DNA of 52,114 nucleotides. Origin: Catajapyx aquilonaris (taxonomy: Eukaryota). Positions 11,212 through 24,892 of this stretch are shown here, piece after piece (the stretch's first letter is position 1; the number at the start of each line of letters is the position of its first letter). The stretch is from assembly GCA_000934665.2 (NCBI GenBank), contig KZ538709.1, positions 1-52,114 of the forward strand. The letters run 5' to 3'. The position numbers and the translations under genes were made by a program. Under the pieces are notes generated by a model, which was not told the origin of the DNA, did not search any database, and saw nothing but the letters and a program-made list of their open reading frames with translations.

Positions 11212-14200
11212 GGATGTTCGACGGTTAGTTTGATGGCCTTCTATAGCACTTGTAGTGTCTTTGACGAAGGAGATACTGGTGAAGATTAGGTGATTGCCAT
11301 CGAAACGGCTGACAGAAACTCTCTGTCTAAAGGTTTTCCGCCTAAGATGAATGGCTGTCCACTTGTATTTAAACTGTGGTAGTTAGGCCCAGTCACGTAT
11401 TCTCATACAGGCCCAGACTTTTACAATTATTTATTGCCGTGACAGACGTATACTGGTGTTCGTAGAGTGTGGTCAGTCAAGTATAAATGGCGAGACCGGC
11501 AAATGCCAAATAATATGACAATATTACATTTATTATGACGTCGCAGAATGGAAAAATAACTTCCTAGCCAAAATAGTTACGAATTTGTAATTTGATGCTA
11601 ACATTCAATATCAAGTCCCAATGTTGCCAAAAGGTAGTTCACTGTGAAGATACAATAGACCATCAGTCGTTATACTAATAGCTGTGATATACGTTGACAT
11701 TAATTTTGCAAATGTTGGAATACACCCTACTTACGAAGTGGAATGTGCTTTCATGATAATTAATATCTCAGACTACCGTAACTTGCATTACGTTATTGTG
11801 CATTTACCTCCAAGAAATGCAAGCAGTATCCGCACACAATATCTCTCACAATGACTGCAATGTACTGGAGGTTGCAAGTAAGTACACAGCCGAAATGTCA
11901 ATAGGGCACGGGATTCTCCAAACAAATCATTAATTATGCAACACAGAGAACTGCTGAAAAGGTATAGGTATAGAATTCCGCTAGTTAAAATTGCAGATTC
12001 GTTCACAAAACACAAAAAATTCACCGATCAGCAGAATGTACCCTTTTTGCAGAAACGCCCTTCATAAAGTCAAAAACAAATTAATTGTACTTTTTCTGCT
12101 TTATGATAAGCTAAAATAACGGTATATCCATGCGTCTCAGCAGCAAAGTTTTAAAAACCAGTGCAATACTTTACGCGAATATAACTGTAATCACCTTATC
12201 ATTGCAAATCGCACTAAACCACGACGATAATCTTGTTAAAAAAAGATTTCAGCCTCAGAATTAAAACGTACGGTACTCTGCCACTGGGCGAATTATTATC
12301 TCTTATCGAGCCTTTGAAAAAACACTGTGGAACAACGCTGTCACAAAGCTCATGCAGCCTCACAACCAGGTTATCCATCAGAAATTTAAAACGTTCACCC
12401 ATCCATTCCATATTGATCATCACTGAATGAATAGCACTCAATTGACCAATAGCGCTATTCAGCTCAACGCGGAGCATAAATACTATTACGAAGTAACAGA
12501 CTCTACACACACTCCACGCCTGTATAGCACCAATTCCGAGCTTCGGTGATTTCCAGAAAATCCACACAAAAAAAAAACCACAAGCTTGTAGCCGCTTCGT
12601 GGATATGTGATTAAACGCTTCCAGTAAAAAATCGTTATACTCCGCTGCAAATAGCCTCAATATAGACTATACTATAATTGCATTCCGCGGACGTGCAAGA
12701 AGCATCCCGGAAGCAGGTAGGAGAAGGAAGNNNNNNNNNNNNNNNNNGGGGGGGTAGAATCCGGAATTTCAAGATCTAGAAAGGATTTACTGCTGTGGTT
12801 GGCGCTATCATGGCGCCGTTTGCAGGACGCGCATCTCTTGATGGCAAGCGTCCAACATCCTCGTGGACAAGCGTCACCCTCCTTCCCCCGCTTGGCTCAG
12901 GCCTAGCCCCTAGTGAATTACTGTGTCCTGATCTGGCGTCCATCTGACCCTGTAGACCACGCCACTCGCTGCCATATGCCAACTGGATTCCCATGGTTCC
13001 CAGTCCAGGCCTAATTGGCACATGCCGAGTCAGCCAAAGAAATGACCACGAGGAATCAAAAATGCCTCCGCTGTTTTTATTTTTTTTTGGATGTGGCCCA
13101 AGTACAGTGGTGGACAAACAACATTTCTTTCATGGGACGGGTGTCAACTACAAGGTCGTGTTTGTCAACTGTTTCTGTTTTTTGTACTGCCGATACTGCC
13201 CGGGATTTAAAAGCAATGTCAGATATGGAACTTGCCAAGGATGAACTTGAAAATACAGAGGGTAATGAATTGTGACAGGAAAGAGAACAGAAAGTTGTGA
13301 TCTGTTTATGCCACTGCTTTTGCTCAAGAGTATTTCAGAAGCTCAATTTTACATGCCAATATGAGTTTCTGAAGTTTGCTTGGGAAAAATAATTGGATAT
13401 GTGAATAGGTCATTACTTTGCAGGCTTCCTTCTGCTACGAAAAGAAGTAGTTGTTCTTAGATATGGGACTGTACTTGCAGATAAATATTAAATATGGATG
13501 AGTAACGCACTGCCAATTTAACGAGAGCTATTCAGGCACATTTTTTATTCTGTGTAAATAATTATAGGACTACGGCATTTTCCGGACCAGAGGGTTAGGC
13601 AGGCTGCTGATTGATTAATTTGCGAAGGGATAACCCAGTGAAGAATGAGGAAACGTGAGGAGAAATTCACATCTTCCCTATAAGTTAAGATTAAAGGCTC
13701 ATTGCTTAACACATAAATATGCCACGTCAAAAGGTTTCTGGCAAACTTATCCTGTATCCATACAACAATCATTACTCTAGCAAGATTAAGGTCGTATATA
13801 TATAAAAAAACCTCTTCACTTTGCTAGAGTGCTGGTGGTTGTATAACGCCAGAATATATTTTGAAGAAACTTTTTTGACGTGTGTATATAGGACTGATTC
13901 CATGTGATCCGCACAAATTACACCTGGATGCAATTTCGGTTGGTATTTTTTCCCTCTTTTCATCAGATTTCAGGGAGGTAGAGTCTAACCAAATGAGGAA
14001 AGTCTCTGTCACAGCAAGAGTTGAGAGCCAACTCAAACTCGAACGTCATGCCGAGTTGGGATCAGATTGCCAATCGTGAATCTAATATTGATCAAACACG
14101 TCATGGCGCAGTCATGACACTGGCAAATTCTTTCCCAATCCTCTTCTGCCAGTCGACAAATATTTACTGTACAAATAATTGCCTAGACTTTTCAGTGAGA

Positions 14201-14533
14201 GCGTTGATCTGATATTGTTGGCTTGAATAATCCATCATCTCCGACTAACCAGGAATTCAAAGTTTGCGGTGTTTTTGTGGTATTTTTTTCGCAGTCTATA
14301 TATTGATGACTTGCCTGGGAGGCCGCCAAGAGATTACGTTTCGATAGCAAAGAGCCGACTTAGAGTATCAAGCCACTTGAGACATGCCTGTCATCCATCG
14401 GACACATTTTTGATCGGATATTTTTTGGGCAACACCAAGAAAACCTATACTTTAATGGTTACTATATTGTACACATTAATTTAAAACTGCAACCCAAACA
14501 TTATAAAAATTCAGTATTGCAGTACTATACGCA

Positions 14534-14674
14534 CTATCGGGTTCAAATACTTTTGGCCACTTTATCCTGGTCTTGAAGCAACCCTTCACTCACACACACC
14601 TCCTTAACGTGGGGTTTGTGCGAAGGGTTGCTTCAAGAAAATGATAAAGTGGCCAAAGTATTTGAACCCGATAG
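14534..14674. mobile_element. Hairpin MITE, CTAT-end family copy 1
   Basis: CTATCGGGTTCAAATACTTT..AAAGTATTTGAACCCGATAG|TA; shares GGCCACTTTATCCTGGTCTTGAAGCAACCCTT with the copies at 18636 and 48571. Confidence 0.85.
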
Positions 14675-15514
14675 TACACCTGCGTAGATATCAATATGGC
14701 ACGTTTTGCGTTATTTGCAGCTTCTTGACAAAAATTTCAGCCGATATTTTAATTTGTTACGGTATTATAATATCTGAAGAAAAGGAACATAAACTAATTT
14801 CTTTCCATTTTCCATTGTGCCCGTCTATACTATATACAGAAAGATGACTTTCAACATTTATCCGATCCTTTAAATGATATCTTCAATCCAGCGAAAAGCT
14901 AATGGCTTTAGTGGACGTCCCAAATATTTGCAAAAGACATTGATTGAAAGAGGACGCGGGAGAAGGTCAACAAATTTTATTGGACTTGTCGACGTCTCCT
15001 CAGCTTGGCAGTGCGCCTCAAGGGAGAGGCGTAAGGAGGAGCTCCGGTATTTACAAACAGAGTCATTACTGTATTGTGTCAACATGATCGGGGAACTTGG
15101 AAGGAAACGTGTTGGCACTCAAGAAGCCCTCACTCACAATAGTCAGAAATAGATTACTCCTCAGTGGGGATCTGTTCAATACACATCAGTAGTATCTACA
15201 TGTTTGTTTTTAATTAACAAAATGTATAGGCCACTGATGGCAACGTCAGCAGGTGAATACTGGTTAAAACAAGAAACAAGGCGGGCGACAATCAATAACT
15301 ATCATAAGGTGTGAAAGCAAACACCTGCGTAGTGCAACTACCATGTATAAATCAGGAGGGAAACGAGTCTTAGTGTGAATTATTAATGACACTAATTTTG
15401 TCGCGCCTTTGTTTATTATTGCTTTCATACAGTAAGATGCAATCAAATTAGACAGCATGAAATTAGAAAATTCTCAGAAAGATTTCAAATATGCGGAGGC
15501 TAAATTATTTAAAA

Positions 15515-15869
15515 CTAGCTGCGGCACCCGGCGTTGTCCGGGAAGGAATGAATGAAGGGAAAACACCAGCCAGTAGCCCCGTCAACTGTCTGTCTTTCTG
15601 TGTGTCCGGCGACCAATGCCATCTGTGGACCTTATACTCCAACACCTTCAACCTCTCCCGCCTGTATAACGGCAACCGTCATTTGCCTGCCATATGTAGT
15701 CAGCCCCCAACACCTCCATCCTCTCCCGGCCTGGGGGTGGAGCACAGATGGCAGGCAAATGACGGTTGGCAGGCGGACAGAGAGGCAGAGAGGCAGAGAG
15801 GCAGAGAGGCAGAGAGGCAGACAGAGAGACAGACAGACAGACTCACAAACGGCTTTATTTATATATAGA
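15515..15869 (-). mobile_element. Non-autonomous Helitron
   Basis: On the minus strand starts A|TCTATATAT and ends with hairpin CCCGGACAACGCCGGG then CTAG|T; no TSD; internal (AGAGAGGC)n/(ACAG)n microsatellite. Confidence 0.85.
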
Positions 15870-18635
15870 TAGAAATATTGCGAAACCTGTATTTAGCGGA
15901 CCCCTAGATAAGACCGTCAATAAGGAAAACATGTGTACATCTATTTATGCTCCATTAAAGGTCGTTTTACAAATTCGCCTAATCGAGATGGGAGCAAAAA
16001 AAGATGAGCCTATATACACGCAGCGCGAGAAATAAAAATCGCCCGCCTTGTCAACCGAAAAGTTGGTATCGCGTCCCACATATTTGACATACAAAAAGCG
16101 TACGGATTTGGGGACACCAGTACCGAGGCATGTAATGCGCCTTAAATGTTCTTTTTCTCCAGCTAGAGTATTGCCCAATATAGCGGTAAATTCGCACTTA
16201 CAAAAAAAAAAAACTTCCGCGGAAGGGAGTGATTCCGCTATGCAAGTTTCATATAACTGAATCGATCATACAAAAATATTATGCCCACTTTTCTATCATA
16301 TATAGAAGTATATGCATCAGGACAGTGTGTGGACAAACCCAAAGCCAATATTCCCTCATTTGACTTGGGACGGGAGCAGGGAATTTGTGAAGTGTGCACA
16401 CGACACTCTGCATTTTTAAAATGTCAGTGTTTCACAATCTGGTGTTTGGATGTTCTGGTAATGGCAGCTTCAATATTTTTCTGCGGGAATGTTTTTCCCC
16501 CGTATCCCTGTACCGTATACTGTACAACTCAGTTTTTCACACATTTTGGCAAAATAACTTGTCTGTAATAACACTTAACACACTTACGACAAGTCTTAAT
16601 TTTGTTGACTTTTATATATGAATCTGATCAAATAATTCGTTTTCCAACATATCTATGATGGCTAGGCAGTAAACTGGTATACAACACGTGCAATCACCAC
16701 CAACAATAAACAATAATAATCTAGAGTGAGCGATATCAAAAGTACATTCTGGCTGTTACGTAATAAATAAACGAAAAAATAGCGTTTGAAAACATCACGC
16801 TGGCACAAATATGTCTAGATACGATGTAAAATATTACATCCAGGTCACCAGCTGCGAAAGGCAATAACGGCTGGGCTTTGTTGACACAAAAAAAGAAACG
16901 TTGAGAAACATTATTGTCAACATCATTCCTTGGATCCAAGGTTGCAATCTCCCACTGCTCTGTACAGTATATTTCTCTCTATCTTTGCTATTACAATGGA
17001 TGAAAGACATTTTAAGTCACGTGAAATAAATCGGAATCGCTCTGGAGACTTCATAAAAAAAAAAGAAATCCCAAACCCTATTGGGAGTCTAAGAAGAATT
17101 GGGATCTCTTCGCCCCCTGACGCCCCTCCCCCCTCCCATCCACTTCTCCAGAGAAAAAAGGGGTTTATATCGCAGATGGACTGGAATCTCCGATTCTCAG
17201 TTTCCTTCTTCTGAAAGGGATTCAGAGTACGGATCTTTTAATCCGTATTATGCGTATTTAACGATTTTTTTTCCGGTGCCTTTTTTTTCAGAAGTGAACT
17301 CAAGTATCCATAATTCCCCAGATCGTAAAGGGTAGTTCTGAAGCTTCTTGCCTTTCGTGGTCGTTAAGCAAAATGAGGCATTAATTTATGATAAGCAAGG
17401 GGGGTTTACCCAAGGCTGACTGCTGGAGTGTACGCTAATTATTATGAAACGCACACAAAAGCTAAGTATAAAGAAATCTGACAGTGCAAAAAATTGGCTC
17501 ATTTGACTCTGATTAATCATTTAAATTAAGGCATGAAAGGTCTCTTGTCAGGTCAGGAAATGCATTTGCTATCGATGTATTACGAGCAAGAGCGAAATAT
17601 TCCTGTACGTACTATCGCATAAAGGACATAATTTTTTTAGAATGACATACGCTCGCAAAAAATACCATCCACCCTATAAGCGAGCAGAATTTTGACGTGA
17701 CTGCAAACACTAGACTATGGTCCACTCTACATTTGGAATTGGCGCATTTTGTAGACTCGAAGTTCAACTTTTTTTTTTGTTTAACTGTTGTATCATAGCA
17801 TGTTAAACACTTGAAGCCGGAATGGAATGTTGAAATGTGGGTCACAGTCCGTGTGCGTCAGACTTCAATTCTATTCCAATATATTCCGGCTGAGGCACAC
17901 TCAATGAGATTCCGTAGTTTTATGGCGCGACCACATCTAGGCTAGAGGGCATGAAGGAACAGGATTGTACTGCAATAAAAAAAAAGTCTGCTGAATGCCT
18001 CTGCTTGACGAGAATTGCTAAACTGCAAATGATATTCAACAGTCTCATTTTATAATCTTTTGATGCTGATGTGCAAAGACACTAAGGGTATGAATGTAAA
18101 GCTTGGCAAGAGAATATACAGGTCGTCAACCTAATCAATTTACTGGCGCACATGTGGCTTTAATTTTGAGTCTTGATTTTCTGCTCGGACATTTGAATTA
18201 TGACATCTACCATTAGTGGCAGGAAAACTTTCAATGAATTCTATTCACGCTTCTCTACACACTTTGATTCCAGTTTCGCATTCCATTTGTCTATCAGCCC
18301 ATATCGTTCAGATATAATAATGGGGTTAGGGCAGCTGTTTCTGTATGCGCTTTCTTGTCATACAGGATGAATATCCATTGGGCCTAAAGTGTCTCCGCCC
18401 AATATCGACTGCTAAAAGAGCTAATGGGTCCCTTTCCTGCCATAATTTTTGGTGAATGCCTCAGCTCCTGCGATAGAATAAGGGATTGAAAAGCCGGTGC
18501 TTCCCTTGAGCTCAATCGATTTAGCTTAATAATCAAGTTAATTAATCCGGTTAACGAGCGTGCCAAAGATGAAGGCATCATTTCGTTACCTGCTACTATC
18601 TTGCGAACGGAAACAAGTCGGGATAACTGCATGTA

Positions 18636-18783
18636 CTATGGGGCTCAAATTGTTTTGGCCACTTTATCCTGGTCTTGAAGCAACCCTTTGCATAGGCCCC
18701 ACGTTGAGCAGGTGTGTGTATATGTGTGTGAAGGGTTGCTTGAAGACCAGGATAAAGTGGCCAAAACAATTTGACCCCCATAG
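18636..18783. mobile_element. Hairpin MITE, CTAT-end family copy 2
   Basis: TA|CTATGGGGCTCAAATTGTTTTGGCC..GGCCAAAACAATTTGACCCCCATAG|TA. Confidence 0.85.
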
Positions 18784-20319
18784 TACATTACATGCTCTAA
18801 TGCTGATATCGTACGAATATGACCTGCTGTAAATGGGATAGCTGCACAAAGTCATCGGTCCCCGTTTTTTGTAGCCATTAATGAAAACACATTCTTTACT
18901 GTAAAATGAAGGGTGTTTCATTTAATGAGATTAGGTGCTAGAGAAGTCGCTATTTTATTCAGGTCCAAGACCATTCATAAATTACATGATGTTCACCGGG
19001 GAAGTCAACCTATCGTGTCAGCGTTACATTTAGGAAAGGGTTGGGAGTTAAATTATTGTTGGATGACGCCAGTTGAACCGTGAATGTCAGAACTGTTGGA
19101 ATGAACTTTTATCGAGTTCCAAATTACTTTTGGGTATATTTTGAATCAAAATGACATACCAGGCCCATTGTGGATCCCAGAAACGTTATGGTTTTAAGAA
19201 ATGAGTTTTATCCTATTATGGTATATTTAGGGTTCTTTTGGGTGGAGTGTACAAACAGTTACATAGTGAGTGACATGGGATGCAGTTCAAAAACTGAAAA
19301 AAATAGTGTTGTGTAATTTATGGATGGCCCGCTGCCGCAACATAACAAATGTGACATGTGCAAGCACATGAGACATGATGTTTCATAGTGCACTACTAAC
19401 AATAATTTTAAAAAACGAAATGACAAGCCTTTCATGTGACCATATAAAAAAACAGCGCATTTTAACTTTTTTAAACTTTACTGAACAAACTTAGCAAGAG
19501 ATGTGGGAAAAGTCTACATTTCGTGAAATGATCCTTTTGAGATCACCCTGTAGACGGCATCACACAAGTCGAGAGGACGAATATTTGACTATTTTGACAT
19601 TACACAAGCGATTTTAGTAAATGATCAGTTTAACCAATCGCAAGAACTAACTGGATGTCTATGTGCCGTTACAACCTGCAGACGTCACTAATATTTTTAA
19701 CCAGTTTGACAATAGTTAGTTGAATTTTATAAAATTGCTACAGTACCAAAAACGCACATCTGAATACCAACTAGGTGTAAGTTGGTAATTAGTTTAATTT
19801 TCGCATCTATTATCATATTCCATTCTGAAAGTCACAGTACATTTGCTTTTGTTGCTTATTTCCTATTATACTTGTATGAGTACACCTCTCTGTTACAAAT
19901 AAGTAATCGACTGTGGACTATCACATGGGCCATGGACCATCAACATTTCAAGCACACATGCTGAACAAAGTAGGCTGCTCATGGCCAAAATCAGAAAGTG
20001 ACACAAATGCTGCTTCATCTTCCGCAAAATGTCTGGTTTCCCACATGATCATCACCGACGGTGTGACGGGCTGGCAACTGGGAAGAGTTATAGCATGTGG
20101 TAAAGGCAAACTCCGTCATTTTGAGTTTGGTCTAACTCGCACCTGTCACCACCTCTAAACTGCATTGCCTGTCGTTGCGCATATGTTGTATCTCAACTTT
20201 CACAGCAACTCGTTCAAAGTTGTACCAGGTGAGAAATTAGTTTAGATGTTGGGGAAAATAGCTCAAATAGTGTAACGTGGATTGTCACAAAGACGGGGAT
20301 GGCGAGTTTTCCGGGCCGG

Positions 20320-20357
20320 TGTGACGTCACATCCTCTGTTGGGGTATTGTGACGTCA
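20320..20357. promoter_or_regulatory. Paired CRE/ATF palindromes
   Basis: TGTGACGTCACA (20320-20331) and TGACGTCA (20350-20357) in a locally GC-rich patch. Confidence 0.4.
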
Positions 20358-21076
20358 GGTCTCTCCCGGAGAGCGTGCTTCCTGCGTCTCTGGATGGATC
20401 AAGGTTTATTATTTATGGAGTGATTGCGTATACGTGTAAGATGTGTATTGATGTCTTGTACTGTGTACCGTGTAACAGAGTGTTGGACATGCGCATGTTG
20501 GTGTCCAGATTTTTCTACCGACTGCAACAATTCTGGCAGTCCATTCACATCTGCACTGTAACTGATGGCAATAGATTTTATGTAAGGTCAAAATATAGGT
20601 AACAAGGTAAATGTACTACGTCAGATGTTTTATGAAAATGTAGTAAACAAAGTGGTAATCAAAAATCGTGGGACGAAGAGTCTCGGATGATATAAGAGGC
20701 GGTTGACAAATCGTTTTTGTAAATTTCGGAAGAAGCGACGATGCGTTGCAGTCCTTCCATACTTGTCTTCTTCCCATCTTGACTTAGGAAAACTCTGTAC
20801 AAATAGCCATGTAAATTAGTTTCAAAGTATTTTCTTTTTTGTTATCGACTTCTGTTGGTCATACTATACAATAAACGTGATGTATTTTGCGATCCACTTG
20901 TTACATTTGGTCAATAACCCCAGTCCCTTTCGAAGGCTCCCTGGCCAATTGAAGGAAGTCACGTCACAGGCCAGCTTTTTTCATCACTTACGAACTATAG
21001 ATAGGGTGATGATGATTGTGAGAGGTGGGCAAGGGGGTGGGGGATGCCTCACCTGCGCGGCTGGCAGTAAACCAAG

Positions 21077-21201
21077 GTAACCGTAGCAACCACGCCTAGA
21101 TGTGGAGCGCGGCCGAAAGATGCAACTTTCCAACCCCCACCCTTACCCCTTCCACGCCCTCACGATGATTGATTTCCCTCCCAAACGGTTGCCATGGAGA
21201 C
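21077..21201. promoter_or_regulatory. Two RFX X-box motifs
   Basis: GTAACCGTAGCAAC (21077-21090) and GTTGCCATGGAGAC (21188-21201) fit GTNRCC-N2-RGYAAC closely. Confidence 0.5.
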
Positions 21202-22118
21202 CTAATGGCAAAGGGTGGCTTTATTCCACCATCCTTCTCTTGCCTTTCGCTGACTATACGCCCCCTCCCATCTCAACAAGAAGTTATTCACCTGGAAAGT
21301 CGGTAAAATACAATAGGCTGTTTCTAAAATGGTTTGTTTTTCTCTACCTCGAGCAGAGCACTGAAACTTTTATAAAAACATAAAATAAAGAGTAGGAAAC
21401 TTTCTCAAGTACTATCAGGACTGTTATAATTTATGCACCAGGAGAATTTGAGTTCCCATTTTATTGGAAAGTCGTGGTCTTGGAACAACAATACATTTGT
21501 TGCCCCCGCCTTCTACAGTTCAGATTCACCATACGAGAAGTTACGGATTTTTGACCTAAAATTGAATGAGTAATTTTGTAATCCTTGAAAAACCCTTTCT
21601 GATGCGATTATATCAGCCAGGTCAGTTTTCCTATACATAGACTGCCAATAGTAAGCTAAAGAAATGTTTGTAGAAAATAAAGGCTCTCACAAGAAATAAT
21701 GTAGTCTTCATTTTTCAATTTCTCATATCGCAATATATCTCGATTGTGACTTTGACCGTTCTGCATTTCATATTTTCAAATATTTCCCCCCTGAGTCCTT
21801 ACACAACCTTAATATTCCTCTGAGATCCGTTGCCACAGTAGCAAATCTGCAAGTACTGAATGGCATTCATTCCGTTATCCACACATTATATCACACCGAC
21901 AGCAATAATATTGCCATACTCTTGGTTATGAAAACACTCTTACATAATTATTATACGTTCTCACTTACTTTTCTATAAGCTTAGTTATTAGGTTGGATGG
22001 CCAGAAGGTATTTTTACATACAGTATTTTAGTTCGGACAAAAATCACTACTTGGTGTTTCAACCTAAATGTACAGGTACAGTTCTGCTGTGCAGAGCAAA
22101 AAAAGATCGTAACTCTAA

Positions 22119-22220
22119 AACTAGTAAGGGTGAAAGTCGCATGCTATGCCCTGCACTAATCCCCTCTGAGTCAGGGGGGATCAGTGCAGGGCATGCATGC
22201 GACTTTCACCCTTACTAGTT
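22119..22220. mobile_element. About 100-bp hairpin element with TAG..CTA ends
   Basis: AACTAGTAAGGGTGAAAGTCGCATGC..GCATGCGACTTTCACCCTTACTAGTT. Confidence 0.75.
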
Positions 22221-22323
22221 CCTCCGCACGGCTTTTATAACATCGTTCATAGGTCCGGTTGTATGAACATGAGTTAAGGTTATCTCCGGAGTTAGTCTTT
22301 ATGTAAATAACCGCCAACTCCCC

Positions 22324-22443
22324 TAGTCTGGTGACCCCGGGTAAGCTTGCCCGCGGGCAATCACCATGGCAACATATGTAAAAGGATAGCAGTAAACAAC
22401 CAGTTACCCCAGGGGGCAAGCTACACGGGGTCACCGCAGACTA
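22324..22443. mobile_element. Small TIR element with TAG..CTA ends
   Basis: TAGTCTGGTGACCCCGGGTAAGCTTGCCC pairs imperfectly with GGGCAAGCTACACGGGGTCACCGCAGACTA. Confidence 0.6.
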
Positions 22444-24772
22444 TATCGGCTACCCTAAACTCATATTTATTAAACTGGCAATATTAATATTTAAACTACA
22501 GTAGGCGTACTTATAAATTGGTACTGAAACAGCCTATATCTTTTCAATATGTATATAGTTATATACTGCATGTGGATTGTAATATTATGATGTCATTCAA
22601 TTTTATCCCACCCAAATGTCGCGGGCAGGAACACATTCAGGCCCTGTTCCATTAAGATGACACTAAGGATAGGTTGTACAGTACCGCAGCCGTGAAACTC
22701 TTTCGGCTGGAAACGTACCAGGAGAGTTGACAAATTCATAGTTTGTCAACAACAACAAAGGATCTTGCAACTTCTCTGCCACTTTTCAAGTCGAAAAAAG
22801 CTTTTTGGCCACTGTGCAACCCTACCTATGACAGAAGTACTGTACATCCCTGAAGGAGGTAATCCAGGGGTTCTCAATCTTTTGCTTCCATCGGATGCAT
22901 TCAAAAATTAATATTGTTGGTTAATTGTTGCCTACAACCAATAACATCCCTCAGATCCTCGGTCGACGATCTACCTTCAATCGTTCAACTGAGCCAGATC
23001 AGCATCCAGGGGTTTAGCGTAAGTTTTCACTGAATAAATATTGCTAGTGTAGGCCTATTGTTTCCATCACTTTAAAATATTATTTTGCCAGACTCTCGGT
23101 CAATAATCTATCTTGTTAGATGCAACCCGTCTTTAAAGACAAAAAAAAACTACCATACTATGACTAAGTGTGTACGGGCAAAATTATGGGGCAAAAATTG
23201 ATTGATTGTTACAAATTGAAGGCGTATTTAAGAACTACTGGAATTAACCACTTGCCATATTTTTCTCAGCCTGCTTCCTTGGAAACATATCGCTCTACTC
23301 TTGTAATATGTTTCACTATTCGACAACACCACCATCATGTGCAACAATGAAAAATGCGGAGGTGATTCCCCATGGGTGGGCACTAGCGCCAGTAAATGGA
23401 ACACCATCATCCATCAAGGTGACACGTGCTGTTTCCACTGGTCAGCTATCTGAGCGTGGGAAATCATCAACTGGAACTGTGAATAGTCCAAGAAACATTC
23501 TCAATTACCAACCTGTCAGCGGAACTAACTTTCTCAGCGTTGACGTCAGTTTCTTCCTGCTAGAGAAAGATTCACATCTTGGAATTTCGTGCACACTTCC
23601 AAGAGCTCGCTTTCATCACGCTGGGGTAGATTTTTATCCTGTTCTTACTGGTACAGTACTATACAAAAATGCCAATAATTAGAGGGCCAAAATATCATCC
23701 AGGTTACATCAATTTTGTAATGTCACAATGATTAGAATGATAGAGGAAGCTCATATAGTTATCTGTTATGAATCCAGCTGCAGTAGCCTAGATATCCTAG
23801 GTTAGCTATCAACCCAACAGTGCACAGCATCAATTTTGAAAAATCGGACAACTGCTTCCAAAGCAGAAGGATGATTGGGATTTGCGTGTAACTGTTGCTT
23901 AGATTGAATTTGGATAAATTTCGGCCCGATCTCTATTGCACTGTACTGTAGGCTACACGTATTATTCCCTCTCTCCCTCACTTGGGGAAAAAAAAAGTCT
24001 TAAGGGACGGTTAGATGCAATTTAAGAATATATCAAACACTGATGTTACGCATTGTTTACTAATATTGTTGCGAGCAATAAGTAAAATCACTTAAAGTTT
24101 GACTCGATTACATCATTGCAGATGTGGCCTCAAACCGGGATTTACTCTTGTCATTAAATAAATAAACCTAACAATATTATTAATAACATGAGCAACCCAG
24201 TCTTTGAGGACATACCCGTAATAGTGCAACTTAGATTTATGTATCATCTAATCTGGGACAACCGGAACCAAATCAATTAAACGGTAATCAATAAGAAAAT
24301 CCTGAAACGCCTAATAAAACCTTAACCCGGTTGTAAAATTGGCTTGAAATTAATAACAGGCGATGAGTAGGATAACTGATTCAGAAAGATGGCATGAAGT
24401 AGCCTATAGTGGAATAGCCATTACTTGTGCAGTAGTGTTGATTTCTATTACTGGTAGGCCTACGAGTACACATCGCGATTTGTGAAAATGTTTCAAGGTT
24501 TCATCTCTTTGGCTTATAGCCTGACTTCGACATTGTTCAGAGTTGGTATCTCACTATTTATATCTAGAAAGTAGAAGTAGCAATCTACGTGGTTATTTAA
24601 CTATTTCCATCCTGGATTGATATTATGCTATCCCAAATGCCAAATCCCACACACAAGAGAGCTTCACAAATTGCTCGGCACGGTTCTATAGCTCGCATAC
24701 CAGGTTAGCACTCAATGGCCTAATTCACATTACACTACGTACGCATTTAGAACTTGCATTAGGCTATATGTA

Positions 24773-24892
24773 CTATCAGTCCAACAAGAATTGTCGCAGC
24801 GGCAGCGCACGAACTACAATCTACGAGCACAGGTATACGAGAGACTGTAGTTCGTGCGCTGCCGCTTGCGACAATTCTTGTTGGACACCAGG
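24773..24892. mobile_element. Hairpin MITE with CTATC left end
   Basis: GTCCAACAAGAATTGTCGCAGCGGCAGCGCACGAACTACA pairs with TGTAGTTCGTGCGCTGCCGCTTGCGACAATTCTTGTTGGAC; TA on both sides. Confidence 0.75.

Noticed and set aside
12214..13275. ORFs either side of the 17-N gap (12731-12747)
   Set aside because: No recognisable motif or coherent splice chain, and the assembly is uncertain here.
13968..14079. Good acceptor followed by a short open frame (FREVESNQMRK..)
   Set aside because: Lies beyond the TMEM200-like stop, with no homology recognised and no partner donor established.
23513..23556. Possible 44-nt minus-strand exon (EETDVNAEKVSSAD)
   Set aside because: Acceptor is plausible but the donor is weak and it could not be linked to any gene.
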